From: Spirochaetia bacterium
GTDB lineage: Bacteria > Spirochaetota > Spirochaetia > SZUA-6 > Bin103
NCBI GenBank assembly: GCA_965199955.1
Contig: CBDATQ010000002.1
Span: 416,001 to 480,000 of the forward strand
Direction: 5' to 3'
DNA length: 64,000 bases
Shown here: piece after piece, positions 48,059 to 56,934 of the stretch
Position numbering within the stretch: the stretch's first letter is position 1
Layout of the letters: every line of letters begins with the position of its first letter
Made by a program: the position numbers and the translations under genes
Notes under the pieces: generated by a model
What the model was told of the DNA's origin: nothing
Databases searched by the model: none
The model's input: the letters and a program-made list of their open reading frames with translations, nothing else

Positions 48059-49297
48059 ATGACCCGGGAGGAACTCCTGGAGCTGATCGAGGCGGGGGAG
48101 AACTCGGGCGTCGAGTTCAAGCGGGACGAGCTGCGGCCCGAGCAACTGGCGCGAGAGGTGGCAGCGCTGGCCAATTTCCAGGGTGGACGCGTACTGCTGG
48201 GCGTGGAGGACGACGGGACCATCACCGGGATACGCCGCGCGGGCCTGGAGCGATGGGTCATGGACACGGTGTTCGGCCATTTGGTCCATCCGCTGTTGCT
48301 GCCGTTCTACGAAGAGGTACCGGTCGCCCCCGATCGCCGCGTCGCCGTCGTCACGGTCACGCAGGGTCCCGTCAAGCCGTACGTGGTCCGGCAGCGCGGC
48401 CGCGAGGACATCTACGTGCGCGTCGGCAGCACATCGCGGCTGGCCACACGGGAGCAGCAGGCGCGGCTGTTCGCCACCGGCGGCCTGCTGCACACGGAGA
48501 TGCTGCCGGTTTCGGGCAGCGGCCTTGCCCATCTCAGCCGGGAACGCCTGGCAGACTACCTCACCACGATCGTGGGAGAACCGAGCGAGCCGCAGGATGA
48601 AGCGGCGTGGCACGAACGCCTGTGCGCCTTGGGCTTCATGGTGGAACGCGACGCCGGCCCGCCCGCGTGCACGATCGCCGGGCTGCTGCTGTTCGGGTAC
48701 CGTCCGCGCCGCCTGCTGCGCCATGCCGGCGTACGCTGGATGTGCTTCAAGGGGCGGGAAAAGGCGTACGACGCGCTGGATGATCAGGTGATCGAGGGGC
48801 CGCTCACCGGCCTCTGGCGGGACTTGCCAGGCGGGCGCGAACTGGTCGAGAAGGGACTCATCGAGCGTCTCGCGGACGCCATGCGCCCGTTCGTCTCGGA
48901 GGAGCCGGGCGCGGTGGATGAGTCAATGCGCCGGGAACGGCGCTGGCACTACCCGCTTGAAGCGCTGCGCGAAGGCGTCGTCAACGCGCTGACCCATCGC
49001 GACTGGACGCGATATGAGGAAGTGGAGGTCGTCCGCTACGTCGATCGGATAGAGATCGTGAGCCCCGGCGCCCTGCAGAACGGCATGACGGTCGCCAAGA
49101 TGATCGCCGGCCAGCGTGCACCGCGCAATCTGCTCATCTCCGAGGTGCTGCGCGATTACAACTATGCCGATGCGCGCGGCATGGGCGTGCGCAACAGGAT
49201 CATGCCGCTGATGCGCGCCCGCAACGGCGTGGACCCCGAGTTCGAAGCGACCGAGGACTACCTGCGGCTGACGCTGCGCCGCGGATCAGAACGCTGA
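48059..49297 (+). CDS. Schlafen/AlbA_2 domain plus HATPase_c_4-like ATP-binding domain protein
   Basis: GENSGVEFK…AALAN..GG..LLGVEDDG, YVRVGS, ALREGVVNALTHRDW, EIVSPG, RN, G.G. GGAGG SD. Confidence 0.87.
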   Translation: MTREELLELIEAGENSGVEFKRDELRPEQLAREVAALANFQGGRVLLGVEDDGTITGIRRAGLERWVMDTVFGHLVHPLLLPFYEEVPVAPDRRVAVVTVTQGPVKPYVVRQRGREDIYVRVGSTSRLATREQQARLFATGGLLHTEMLPVSGSGLAHLSRERLADYLTTIVGEPSEPQDEAAWHERLCALGFMVERDAGPPACTIAGLLLFGYRPRRLLRHAGVRWMCFKGREKAYDALDDQVIEGPLTGLWRDLPGGRELVEKGLIERLADAMRPFVSEEPGAVDESMRRERRWHYPLEALREGVVNALTHRDWTRYEEVEVVRYVDRIEIVSPGALQNGMTVAKMIAGQRAPRNLLISEVLRDYNYADARGMGVRNRIMPLMRARNGVDPEFEATEDYLRLTLRRGSER

Positions 49298-49361
49298 AAC
49301 CATAGCCGGGGCATGTCGGGGCTGGCCTCGGTGGCCGGTACGAATCAGTAGGGTGATCGGG

Positions 49362-49535
49362 TCAGGCGATGCTCGCAATCGCGTCCAGTTCGTCGGCGAT
49401 CACCTCCTGCTGCTCCTCCAGATCGTAGTCATCCTGCAGGCCCAGCCAGACCGCGGCGTCGTGCCGAAGAACTTCCCCGGTCGAAGCGCCGCGTCAGCCG
49501 TGATTCTGCCTCGCTCCTCGATGATGTCGGCGATG
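49362..49535 (-). pseudogene. HigA/VapI antitoxin C-terminal remnant
   Basis: IADII..RGRITADAALR.GKFFGTT, a frameshift, then WLGLQDDYDLEEQ…LDAI*. Confidence 0.75.
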
Positions 49536-49539
49536 GCCG

Positions 49540-49626
49540 CCGGGCAACGGCAAGCGGGTGAGCTGGCACCAGGACGCCTCCTACTGGCCGCTGTCACCGA
49601 GCAAGACCGTCACCGCGTGGCTGGCG
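49540..49626 (+). pseudogene. Internal fragment of a PhyH-family gene
   Basis: PGNGKRVSWHQDASYWPLSPSKTVTAWLA, with no start and no continuation. Confidence 0.7.
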
Positions 49627-49723
49627 TCCCGTAGTCGGTGCAGTTGGTCCCATACGGTTCGGTGTCACCGTCTCCTCTCCCCGAGATGACAGGGTGGGGA
49701 GGAGGGCAAGGAAGCCGAGTCCA

Positions 49724-52700
49724 TCACAGATCGCGTTTGACACGGACCGTGGAGGAGCCTTGATGTTTGGCTACCTGGATCTGCTGGGAGAACTCGGAGC
49801 GCAGTTCCGGTATGTGGGTGATGACGCCGACCATGCGGCCGGCAACCTGGAGGCTCTGAATGGTCTCGGAGACCGTCGCAAGGGTGTCCGGGTCGAGGGT
49901 GCCGAAGCCCTCGTCGATGAACAGGCTGTCGAGGTTTACGGCGCCCGCCGCATCCTGCACCTGCCTGCTGAGCTCAAGGGCCAGGGACAATGAGGTGAGG
50001 AAGGTCTCTCCGCCGCTCAGCGTGTCGCTGATCCGCGTCTCGTCGGCGTTGTCGTGGTCGACGACCAGGATCTGGTCGTCCTGAAACGTCAACGAGTAGC
50101 GTTCGCCTGACAACGTGAACAGCCGGTCCGATGCGCCGTGCACGAGCTTCGTGAAACTGTCCTCCAGGACGTACGCCTGGAACCGGTCGCTCTGGAGATC
50201 GGTGGCCAAGCCGCTGAAGAGGTGATGGTCGTCTCTCATGGCCTGCAACTGCTCGTGGAGTGCCTGCGCCCGCGCAAGGCGCTCGGTCATCGTCTCGACC
50301 TGCTGCCCGAGATGCGCGTTCCTCGTGACGAGATCCTCGACTTCGCCCTTGATCTGTCGGTCGTTGGCGCTCGCATCATCGAGCTGTTCGTCCGAAACCC
50401 GTTCGCCGCCCAGGTCGTTCCGCAGGTCGCGGACGCGCAGCTCGGTGGCGTGGAGGTCGCGCTCGTGGTCGGCGACGGACTCGCTCAATCGGGCCTGTGC
50501 GGTATCGTCCCGCACGGCGTTGCGAACGTCGCCCACGCTGTCGAAGCGTGCCTGGGCGACGTGTCGATCACGCTGCTCGATCCGGGCCGTCGCTTCCCGG
50601 TCAGCCTCGCCGGCGGCCCGCTCGCGGTCCCCGTGGGCCTGCTGGGCCGCCGCCAACCCGCGGCGGGCTTCCGCCTCGGCTGACATGGCCTCCCCGTGTG
50701 CGGCTTCCAGATCATCGATGAGAGAGGACAGGTCGGTCCGCTCCTGTCCGGGATCGGCGGACTGGGTGACCCCTGAGATCTCGGCTCTCACGGCGCGGAG
50801 CCGCTCCTCGTCCGCCGTCACTTCCGCGATCCGTTCGCGCCGCTCGTTTCGTACTCGGCCGAGGTCGCTGCGCGTGGTGTGCTCGCTGCGGCGCAGGTCG
50901 GTCAAGTGGAGCTCTGCCGTCTCAAGGCGACCTTGGGCGTCCTCGAAGGAGCTGCGGGCAGTCGTGGTCGTCTCGATCAGTTCCTGAAACCAGGCCACGA
51001 CGGCATCGTCGTCGACCGGCACGCTGTCGCCGATGGCCTCCCGGATGTCGGCTGTCAGCTGGCGGATGTCCGCAAGCGCCTTGTCCATGGTGCTGTCCGC
51101 TTCGGTCAACGCCTCCTGAGCGGCGCGCACGTCGCCTTGGGTCCCCACCAGCGCGTTGCGAGCGTCCTGCGCATCGTCACGTGCGCGCCGCAGCGTGGTG
51201 CTGGCCTCGTCGCGGCCGGAGCGGGCGGCTGCGACGTCAGGGTCCAGATCGGCCGCCGGCGGATCTGCCACGAGTTGCGCACAGACCGGGCACGGGCCCC
51301 CCACTGCCAATGATCCGCGCAAGTCGTTGGCCGCGTCCTGACGGTGGGCCGCATGCAGTGCCTCCTCCGCAGCCTCCACGGCTTGCTCCGCGTCGTGCAG
51401 GGCATCGTCTCTCTCACGCGCTTGGCCCGTGAGCCGCTCGACTTCGACGGCCAGCCCATCCAGCGTCTTGCGCCGCCGCTCCTGTTCCGGCTTCGCATCC
51501 TGGAGCTGCCTGCGGGCGATCGCGAGTTCCGTCGCCGTCTCGCGGACCTTGTCGAGCGCGGCGTCGAGCTCGGCGTCGTACCCGATGGTGTCGAGCTCGG
51601 CGCGGGCTGTTCCCACGAAGGCCTGCTGTCGCGCGGCTTCATCCGCCAACAGCTCCAGACGCTCGCGACCCTGTTCGAGCTCCTGATCGAGCTGTTCGAT
51701 CCGGGTGCGTCTCCTGCCGACCTCGGTTTCGAGCCTCGTGAGCTCGGGGAGCCGTCCGAGTATCCGATCGAGGTTGGCGACGCGGTCACGTAGGGCGGGG
51801 ATCTCCTCCGCCTGCTCCTGGGCCTGTGCCAGCTCCCGAATGCGTTCCTCGTGGACGCGCGTGGCCGCTTCATGCGTTTGCTTGGCGTCCTGCGCGGCGT
51901 TCCTCGCGTGGTCGGCCTCCTGCCCGGCCCGGTCGGCCTCCTCGATCAGTGGAACCAGCGCCGCGGCCCGGCGCGCGGCGTTAAGCTCGCTCCGCGCTTC
52001 CTCGATCTGCGGGGTGATGCCGTGGAGCTCCGCCAGCCTTGCCTCGCTCTTGGCGAGGTCGACCGTTTTCGCGTGTCGATGCCGGATCTCGATCAGCCGG
52101 GACTCGGCGGCTTCGCTCTCCTTGCGCCGCTCTTCGAGTTTCGTTGCCGCCTGCTGCAACTCACGCTGCAAGGCTGCCAGCGTCGCATTGGAGACGCCGC
52201 CGTACTCCTCGCGGAGGCGTTGCTCCAGCGCGCCGAGATCGTGCTTCTTCCGGGTCGACGTGTCCTGTGCGGCCTGTCGCATCCGCTCGTACACGTCGAG
52301 CCGCAGCAGCGTGCGCAGCATTTCGCGGCGTTTGCGCGGATCGGCCTTCAGGAACTTCGCGAATTCCCCTTGCGGAAGGATCACCGCCTGGGTGAACGCA
52401 TCGACGTCCAGGCCGAGCAGACGCGTCACTTCCGCGGACGCCGGGCGGACCTGATCGGCGAGGACGGTGTTGAAGTCCGTCCCGTCGTGCTCCTCCAGGC
52501 GGACGGCAGCCGCGCCCTTGCGGCGCAGTGCGCGGGCGACTCGGAATCGCCGCTTTCCGACCGCGAAGTCGAAGCGGACGCTCACGCGCTCCCGTGCCGC
52601 CGAGATCATCTCCTTCAGGTCGTGCTTGCCGACGCGCGGGACCTCGCCGTACAGCGCGAACAGGATGGCGTCCAGCAGCGTCGACTTGCCTGCGCCGGTG

Positions 52701-52798
52701 GGACCCGAGATCGCGAACAGGTCCAGGCCGGAGAAGTCGATCTCCTGCTTCTCCTTGAAGCAGGTCAGTCCTTCGACGCTGAGCTGGATCGGGCGCAT
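49724..52798 (-). CDS. sbcC: SbcC/Rad50 SMC-like ATPase
   Basis: GPTGAGKST, LPQGEF, zinc hook CPVC, coiled coils, LSGGETF, LFIDEGFGTLD, ITH. Confidence 0.95.
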   Translation of the reverse strand: MRPIQLSVEGLTCFKEKQEIDFSGLDLFAISGPTGAGKSTLLDAILFALYGEVPRVGKHDLKEMISAARERVSVRFDFAVGKRRFRVARALRRKGAAAVRLEEHDGTDFNTVLADQVRPASAEVTRLLGLDVDAFTQAVILPQGEFAKFLKADPRKRREMLRTLLRLDVYERMRQAAQDTSTRKKHDLGALEQRLREEYGGVSNATLAALQRELQQAATKLEERRKESEAAESRLIEIRHRHAKTVDLAKSEARLAELHGITPQIEEARSELNAARRAAALVPLIEEADRAGQEADHARNAAQDAKQTHEAATRVHEERIRELAQAQEQAEEIPALRDRVANLDRILGRLPELTRLETEVGRRRTRIEQLDQELEQGRERLELLADEAARQQAFVGTARAELDTIGYDAELDAALDKVRETATELAIARRQLQDAKPEQERRRKTLDGLAVEVERLTGQARERDDALHDAEQAVEAAEEALHAAHRQDAANDLRGSLAVGGPCPVCAQLVADPPAADLDPDVAAARSGRDEASTTLRRARDDAQDARNALVGTQGDVRAAQEALTEADSTMDKALADIRQLTADIREAIGDSVPVDDDAVVAWFQELIETTTTARSSFEDAQGRLETAELHLTDLRRSEHTTRSDLGRVRNERRERIAEVTADEERLRAVRAEISGVTQSADPGQERTDLSSLIDDLEAAHGEAMSAEAEARRGLAAAQQAHGDRERAAGEADREATARIEQRDRHVAQARFDSVGDVRNAVRDDTAQARLSESVADHERDLHATELRVRDLRNDLGGERVSDEQLDDASANDRQIKGEVEDLVTRNAHLGQQVETMTERLARAQALHEQLQAMRDDHHLFSGLATDLQSDRFQAYVLEDSFTKLVHGASDRLFTLSGERYSLTFQDDQILVVDHDNADETRISDTLSGGETFLTSLSLALELSRQVQDAAGAVNLDSLFIDEGFGTLDPDTLATVSETIQSLQVAGRMVGVITHIPELRSEFSQQIQVAKHQGSSTVRVKRDL

Positions 52799-52801
52799 CG
52801 G

Positions 52802-53959
52802 TCAGGCGTCCTCGCGCGCCCGCTCGTGGAGGTGCCCGAACGTGTCGAGGACCGCAGGATCGGGCTCCCGTTCGTGAGCGCGCCGGTGGTAGGCGGCATA
52901 CAGCTCGGCCGCCGGCGCCCCGGCGTTGGGCCGGTCGCTGTCCGGCACCTCGGACTCGGGCAGGTCCACGCGCACGACCAGCGCGGTCGGCAGGAGGTCG
53001 CGCACCTTGCGGTTGATGTCCGGGTCCTTCTCGTTGAGCTTGACTGTGACCCGCAGCCACGCGCCATCGCCGTTCGCGCCGGCATGGTCTTCGAGGTCGT
53101 CCAGCGTCCCTTCGATGTCCCGCAGCGTCCGGCCGCCTTCGTACGGCACGTGCTCGACCCGCGCCGGGCGGCGTGGTGCGGCTTCGATGACCGCGAACGT
53201 CTTCTCCTGGCCGACCTCGCCGAAGTCGAGCTGCAGCGGCGATCCGGCGTACCAGGCGGACAGCGTGCCCGCCACCTTCTGCGGCTTGTGGATGTGGCCG
53301 AGCGCGATGTAGGTCGCGGTCGGCGGAAGCGTCTGCGGCGTCGCGGCCCAGTCCTCGGACAGGTGGACGCGGCGCTCCGAGTCGCCGAAGGCCGCGCCCT
53401 CCAGGTGCGTATGGGCCACCAGCAGGTTCACGGCGTCGTCGCGGTACCCGGCGCAGAGGTTCTCCACCGCTCGCTGGAACAGGTGCGCGTAGCGGGTTCG
53501 CGCGGACGCCTCGTCCCCGGTCAGATCCAGGGCGGACACCCACATCCCGGGCGAGGCGAACGGCAGCGCCGCGACCACGGCCTGCTCGCCGCCGCGGGTT
53601 TCGAGCAGGAACGTCCCGCCGCGGCTCGCGCTCCGGGGGCGGCCGAGGATGTGGACGTTGGCGCCCGCCGCCAGCAGCGCGCGCGCGTCGAACCGAAGCG
53701 GATCGTCGTGATTGCCGGCGATCACGACGGTGCGGGCGCCGGCACGGCCGACGCGCACCAGGAACTCATTGACCAGCCGCTCCGAGTCGCCCGTCGGGTT
53801 GCGGCTGTCGAACACGTCGCCCGAATGCAGGACGAGGTCGATCGACTCCCGCTCGACGAAGCGGGCCAGGTTGTCGATGACCGCCTCCATCTCGTCCAGC
53901 CGCTGGATGCCCTTCCAGCGGCGGCCGACGTGCCAGTCGCTGGTGTGCACGATCCTCAC
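52802..53959 (-). CDS. sbcD: SbcD/Mre11 nuclease
   Basis: HTSDWHVG, SGDVFD, AGNHD, ALGHIHKPQ, YAGSP..LDFGE. Confidence 0.95.
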   Translation of the reverse strand: MRIVHTSDWHVGRRWKGIQRLDEMEAVIDNLARFVERESIDLVLHSGDVFDSRNPTGDSERLVNEFLVRVGRAGARTVVIAGNHDDPLRFDARALLAAGANVHILGRPRSASRGGTFLLETRGGEQAVVAALPFASPGMWVSALDLTGDEASARTRYAHLFQRAVENLCAGYRDDAVNLLVAHTHLEGAAFGDSERRVHLSEDWAATPQTLPPTATYIALGHIHKPQKVAGTLSAWYAGSPLQLDFGEVGQEKTFAVIEAAPRRPARVEHVPYEGGRTLRDIEGTLDDLEDHAGANGDGAWLRVTVKLNEKDPDINRKVRDLLPTALVVRVDLPESEVPDSDRPNAGAPAAELYAAYHRRAHEREPDPAVLDTFGHLHERAREDA

Positions 53960-53969
53960 GAGGAGATCC

Positions 53970-55634
53970 TCACGCGCGCAGGAACGGGTCCTCGTCCCCG
54001 CCGGCGTCCTTCACCTCGCTCTGGCGCGTCGCCCAGGAGGGGAACGGGAAGTTCAGCAGGATCGGGGTCGGGAGCTCCGGCTGGGTTACGATCATCGTGC
54101 CCGGTGACAGCATCGTGGCGCGCTTGCGGGCGACCTGGGTGAGGAAGCCGTACTCGCCCCGTTCCGCTTCGGCCGCGTCGAGGCGTCCGACCACCTTGAA
54201 CGCCGCGTTGGCGACCACCCGGCGTTCCACCTCGCTCGCGGTCTGCTGGGCGCCGAACAGGGAGACGCCGAGCGATCGGCCGCGCTCGGCGATGTCGAGC
54301 AGGACGTCCTGAATCGGACTCCAGCCGGAACGCGGCGCGTACTTGTTGAGTTCGTCGAGCACGACGAACACCAGCGGGCGGGCCGTGCCCTGCTGCTCCT
54401 TGTCCTGCAGCATCCGCTTGAGCAGGACGCCGACCACGAACATCTGCGCGGTCTGATGCAGCGTGTGGATGTCCACCACCGTGACCTGGTGCGCCTGCCA
54501 GTCGATGCGGTGGCGCGCCGTCTCCCGGTCGCCGCGCACCAGGTGTCCCATGTGCTGCGCGGCGGCATGCAGCCGCCGGCGGAACGCGTCCAGCGTGCCG
54601 GACGCGGCGGCCGGCGCCATCTGGTCCAGCGCTTCCGTGTCGAGCAGCTCGATCAGGTCGTCGAAGCTGACGACGTGCGCCTCGTCCACGGTGATGCCCG
54701 GATCGTTCCGGTCGCCCGCGCGGGCGGCGCGCTCCAGCACGCGCTCGACCCGGTAGATCAGGAACGAGAGCTGCGAGCGCGCGTCCTCGCCCTCGGCGAA
54801 GATGAAGCGCAGCAGGCGGTTGCGGGCGAACTCGCGGAGCGTCCACGCGTACGCCCGGACACCCTCGTGTCGGCTGCCGACCTCGGGGATGAGCACCTCG
54901 CCGTGGCGCCGGGTCGGGGCGAAGAAGCCGACGTCCTCGAACGGTCCCGCGTTCAGGCCGAGGGCGCGGTAGCTGGCCGCTGCGTCCTCGTCGATCTTGG
55001 CGTTCGGCTTGTCCAGCCACAGCAGGTCCTCGCCCTTGACGTTGAAGATGATCGCCCGCGCGTTGGCCGCGTCCCGGCCGAGGGCGTCGGAGTGAAACAG
55101 GGATTAGAGAAGGAACGTGGCGTAGCTGGTCTTGGTGGCCACGCCGGAGATGCCGCTGATCGAGGCGTGCGCGCCCCGTTCGCCGTCGAGGAAGTCGAGG
55201 TTGGCGTAGACCGTCTCGCCGGCGCGCGCGCCGCCGATGGCGACCTTGCGCTCCATCCGATCGATGAACAGGGCGCGCCGGAACTCCACTCCGCGGACGA
55301 TGCGCACCTCGCTGCCGGGGTGCGGCGGGACGAACACCTCCGGGTCGATGCGGGTCACCTGCACGTGCGCGGCGTAGGAGACGTCCACCGGCAGAATCCC
55401 TTCCGAGGCCCGGAACGCGTCCGAGTCGAACTGCGCGCCTTCATAGCGCTTGCGGACCACGTCGACGATGCCGAAGAAGCCGACGCTCTCGCCGTCGACG
55501 ACCGCCTCGACGGTCACCAGGTCGTCGAGCTGCAGGAAGCGCCCTTCGCTGACGCCGACCCAGAACTCGAGCGGACCGGCGTCCTCCGATCCGAGCACCA
55601 CGCCGACCGGGGACTCCCAGCTTCGCTCACTCAT
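53970..55634 (-). pseudogene. herA: HerA helicase/translocase with in-frame TAA at 55104-55106
   Basis: HAS-barrel-like N-terminus, variant Walker A GISGVATKTS, TFLL*SLFHS, IFNVKGEDLL, VLDELNKYAP, AERGRSLG, GAQQ. One continuous frame of 555 codons. Confidence 0.88.
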
Positions 55635-56616
55635 GCGCGGCCTCCCGTGCCACCAGGGCTTCGATCCAGCGCCGGATCAGGCGCGCGTCGCCGAGCCGGG
55701 CACGGAGCTGCTGCTCCAGCGCGCCGATGGGCAGGAGATTCTGCGGCGACCGCGGGTCCCTGGATCGTTGCGGCGCGACTCCAGGCAGCCAGGCGGTGGC
55801 GGCATCGGCCAGGTGGCGGGCGGCGTCGACGCCCGCGGACGCTCCCACTTCCAGGCGGACCAGGCCATGCAACTCGACGGCGCCGTGTGCGGGGTCGCCG
55901 AGGCGCTGGAACCAGGAGTACCGGGCGAACCCGGAGCGGTCGCCGCGAATCGCGAACAGGGGCGTCCGGGAGCCCGCCGGGAGGGTCGCCATGAGCGGCA
56001 GGAACCGGCCCGGAAGGTAGAGGTCGTGCAGCCGCTTGATGTAGCCGACGGCCTGCTCCGGCCGCTCGGGCACGAAGCTGAGCGGGCCGTCGACGATGAC
56101 CAGCGTGTCCGGGGCGCAGAGATCGGCGGCCATCGCCGCTTCGGCGGTTCGCATCGAGTCCTGGATGTGCCGCAACGGCCCGTCCACCTCCGTCCTGGGG
56201 GTGCTCTCGGGCTGATACACCAGATCGTCGCGAACCTGCACGGGAGCCGGCAGGGGGCGTCCACCCCCGAGCACCATGGTGCGGGACACGCGGATCTCGC
56301 CGAAATCGGCCGCCGAGTCACGCATGATGGCAGCGCCAACCGCATGGCTGCCGAAGCCGCCGAAGATCAGGGTCTCGTCCTGCCGGACCTGCACCCGGGC
56401 GTCGAGCCTGCGGACCCCGTCGACGAACACGACCCGCTCGCGAAACGAGCCGGGAGCCGGGGGCACGATCGCCTTCCATGCGTCATCGGGCACTTCGACC
56501 TCGTGGTCGACGTGCTCGCGCGGCCGATCGTTCCGGGACTCCAGCGGCGTCTGGTCCCCGTAGTCGATCTCCCACGGATCGATGCGGACGTCGTAGTCGC
56601 CGAAGACCCGTGACAT
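55627..56616 (-). CDS. nurA: NurA-like nuclease
   Basis: Acidic motifs VFVDGVRR and VIVDGPL, GYIK, DPRSPQNL.PI.ALE..LR; overlaps the herA start. Confidence 0.8.
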   Translation of the reverse strand: MSRVFGDYDVRIDPWEIDYGDQTPLESRNDRPREHVDHEVEVPDDAWKAIVPPAPGSFRERVVFVDGVRRLDARVQVRQDETLIFGGFGSHAVGAAIMRDSAADFGEIRVSRTMVLGGGRPLPAPVQVRDDLVYQPESTPRTEVDGPLRHIQDSMRTAEAAMAADLCAPDTLVIVDGPLSFVPERPEQAVGYIKRLHDLYLPGRFLPLMATLPAGSRTPLFAIRGDRSGFARYSWFQRLGDPAHGAVELHGLVRLEVGASAGVDAARHLADAATAWLPGVAPQRSRDPRSPQNLLPIGALEQQLRARLGDARLIRRWIEALVAREAAHE

Positions 56617-56624
56617 GGCGCCGG

Positions 56625-56924
56625 TCACGGGGCGCCGTGCACGGGCTCGTAGTGCTCGACCTCGGGAAACGGGTCGTAGAAGTGGTGCAGCAGCCGGCGC
56701 CACTCCTGGTACCGGTCGGATCCGCGGAAACCGACGGTGTGGTCCTCCAGCGTGCGCCACGTCACCAGGAGAAGGTAGCGGCTGCGCCTCTCCAGGCACC
56801 TCCGGAGCTCGTGGGACACGTAGCCGTCCATGGCGGAGATGATCGCCTGCGCCTCGGCGAAGGCCGCCTCGAAGTCGGCCTGCAGTCCGGGTTTCACGTC
56901 CAGTATCGCGACCTCCAGGACCAT
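56625..56924 (-). CDS. Antibiotic biosynthesis monooxygenase (ABM) family protein
   Basis: MVLEVAILDV.PG….FE, YLLLV.W.TLEDHT.GFRGS..YQEW. Confidence 0.88.
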   Translation of the reverse strand: MVLEVAILDVKPGLQADFEAAFAEAQAIISAMDGYVSHELRRCLERRSRYLLLVTWRTLEDHTVGFRGSDRYQEWRRLLHHFYDPFPEVEHYEPVHGAP

Positions 56925-56934
56925 GCCGGGCGGG

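Noticed and set aside
47381..48724. 447-aa minus-strand ORF as one gene
   Set aside because: A chance fusion of the AlbA_2 antisense frame with two unrelated remnants.
26761..55106. Stop-codon recoding (pyrrolysine, selenocysteine or an alternative code)
   Set aside because: The internal stops are three different codons replacing Glu, Trp and probably Tyr, each one base from the sense codon. All three stops end normal genes here.
53970..56616. Known HerA defence systems (Sir2-HerA, DUF4297-HerA)
   Set aside because: The partner is NurA-like with SbcCD; no Sir2 or DUF4297 motifs are seen.
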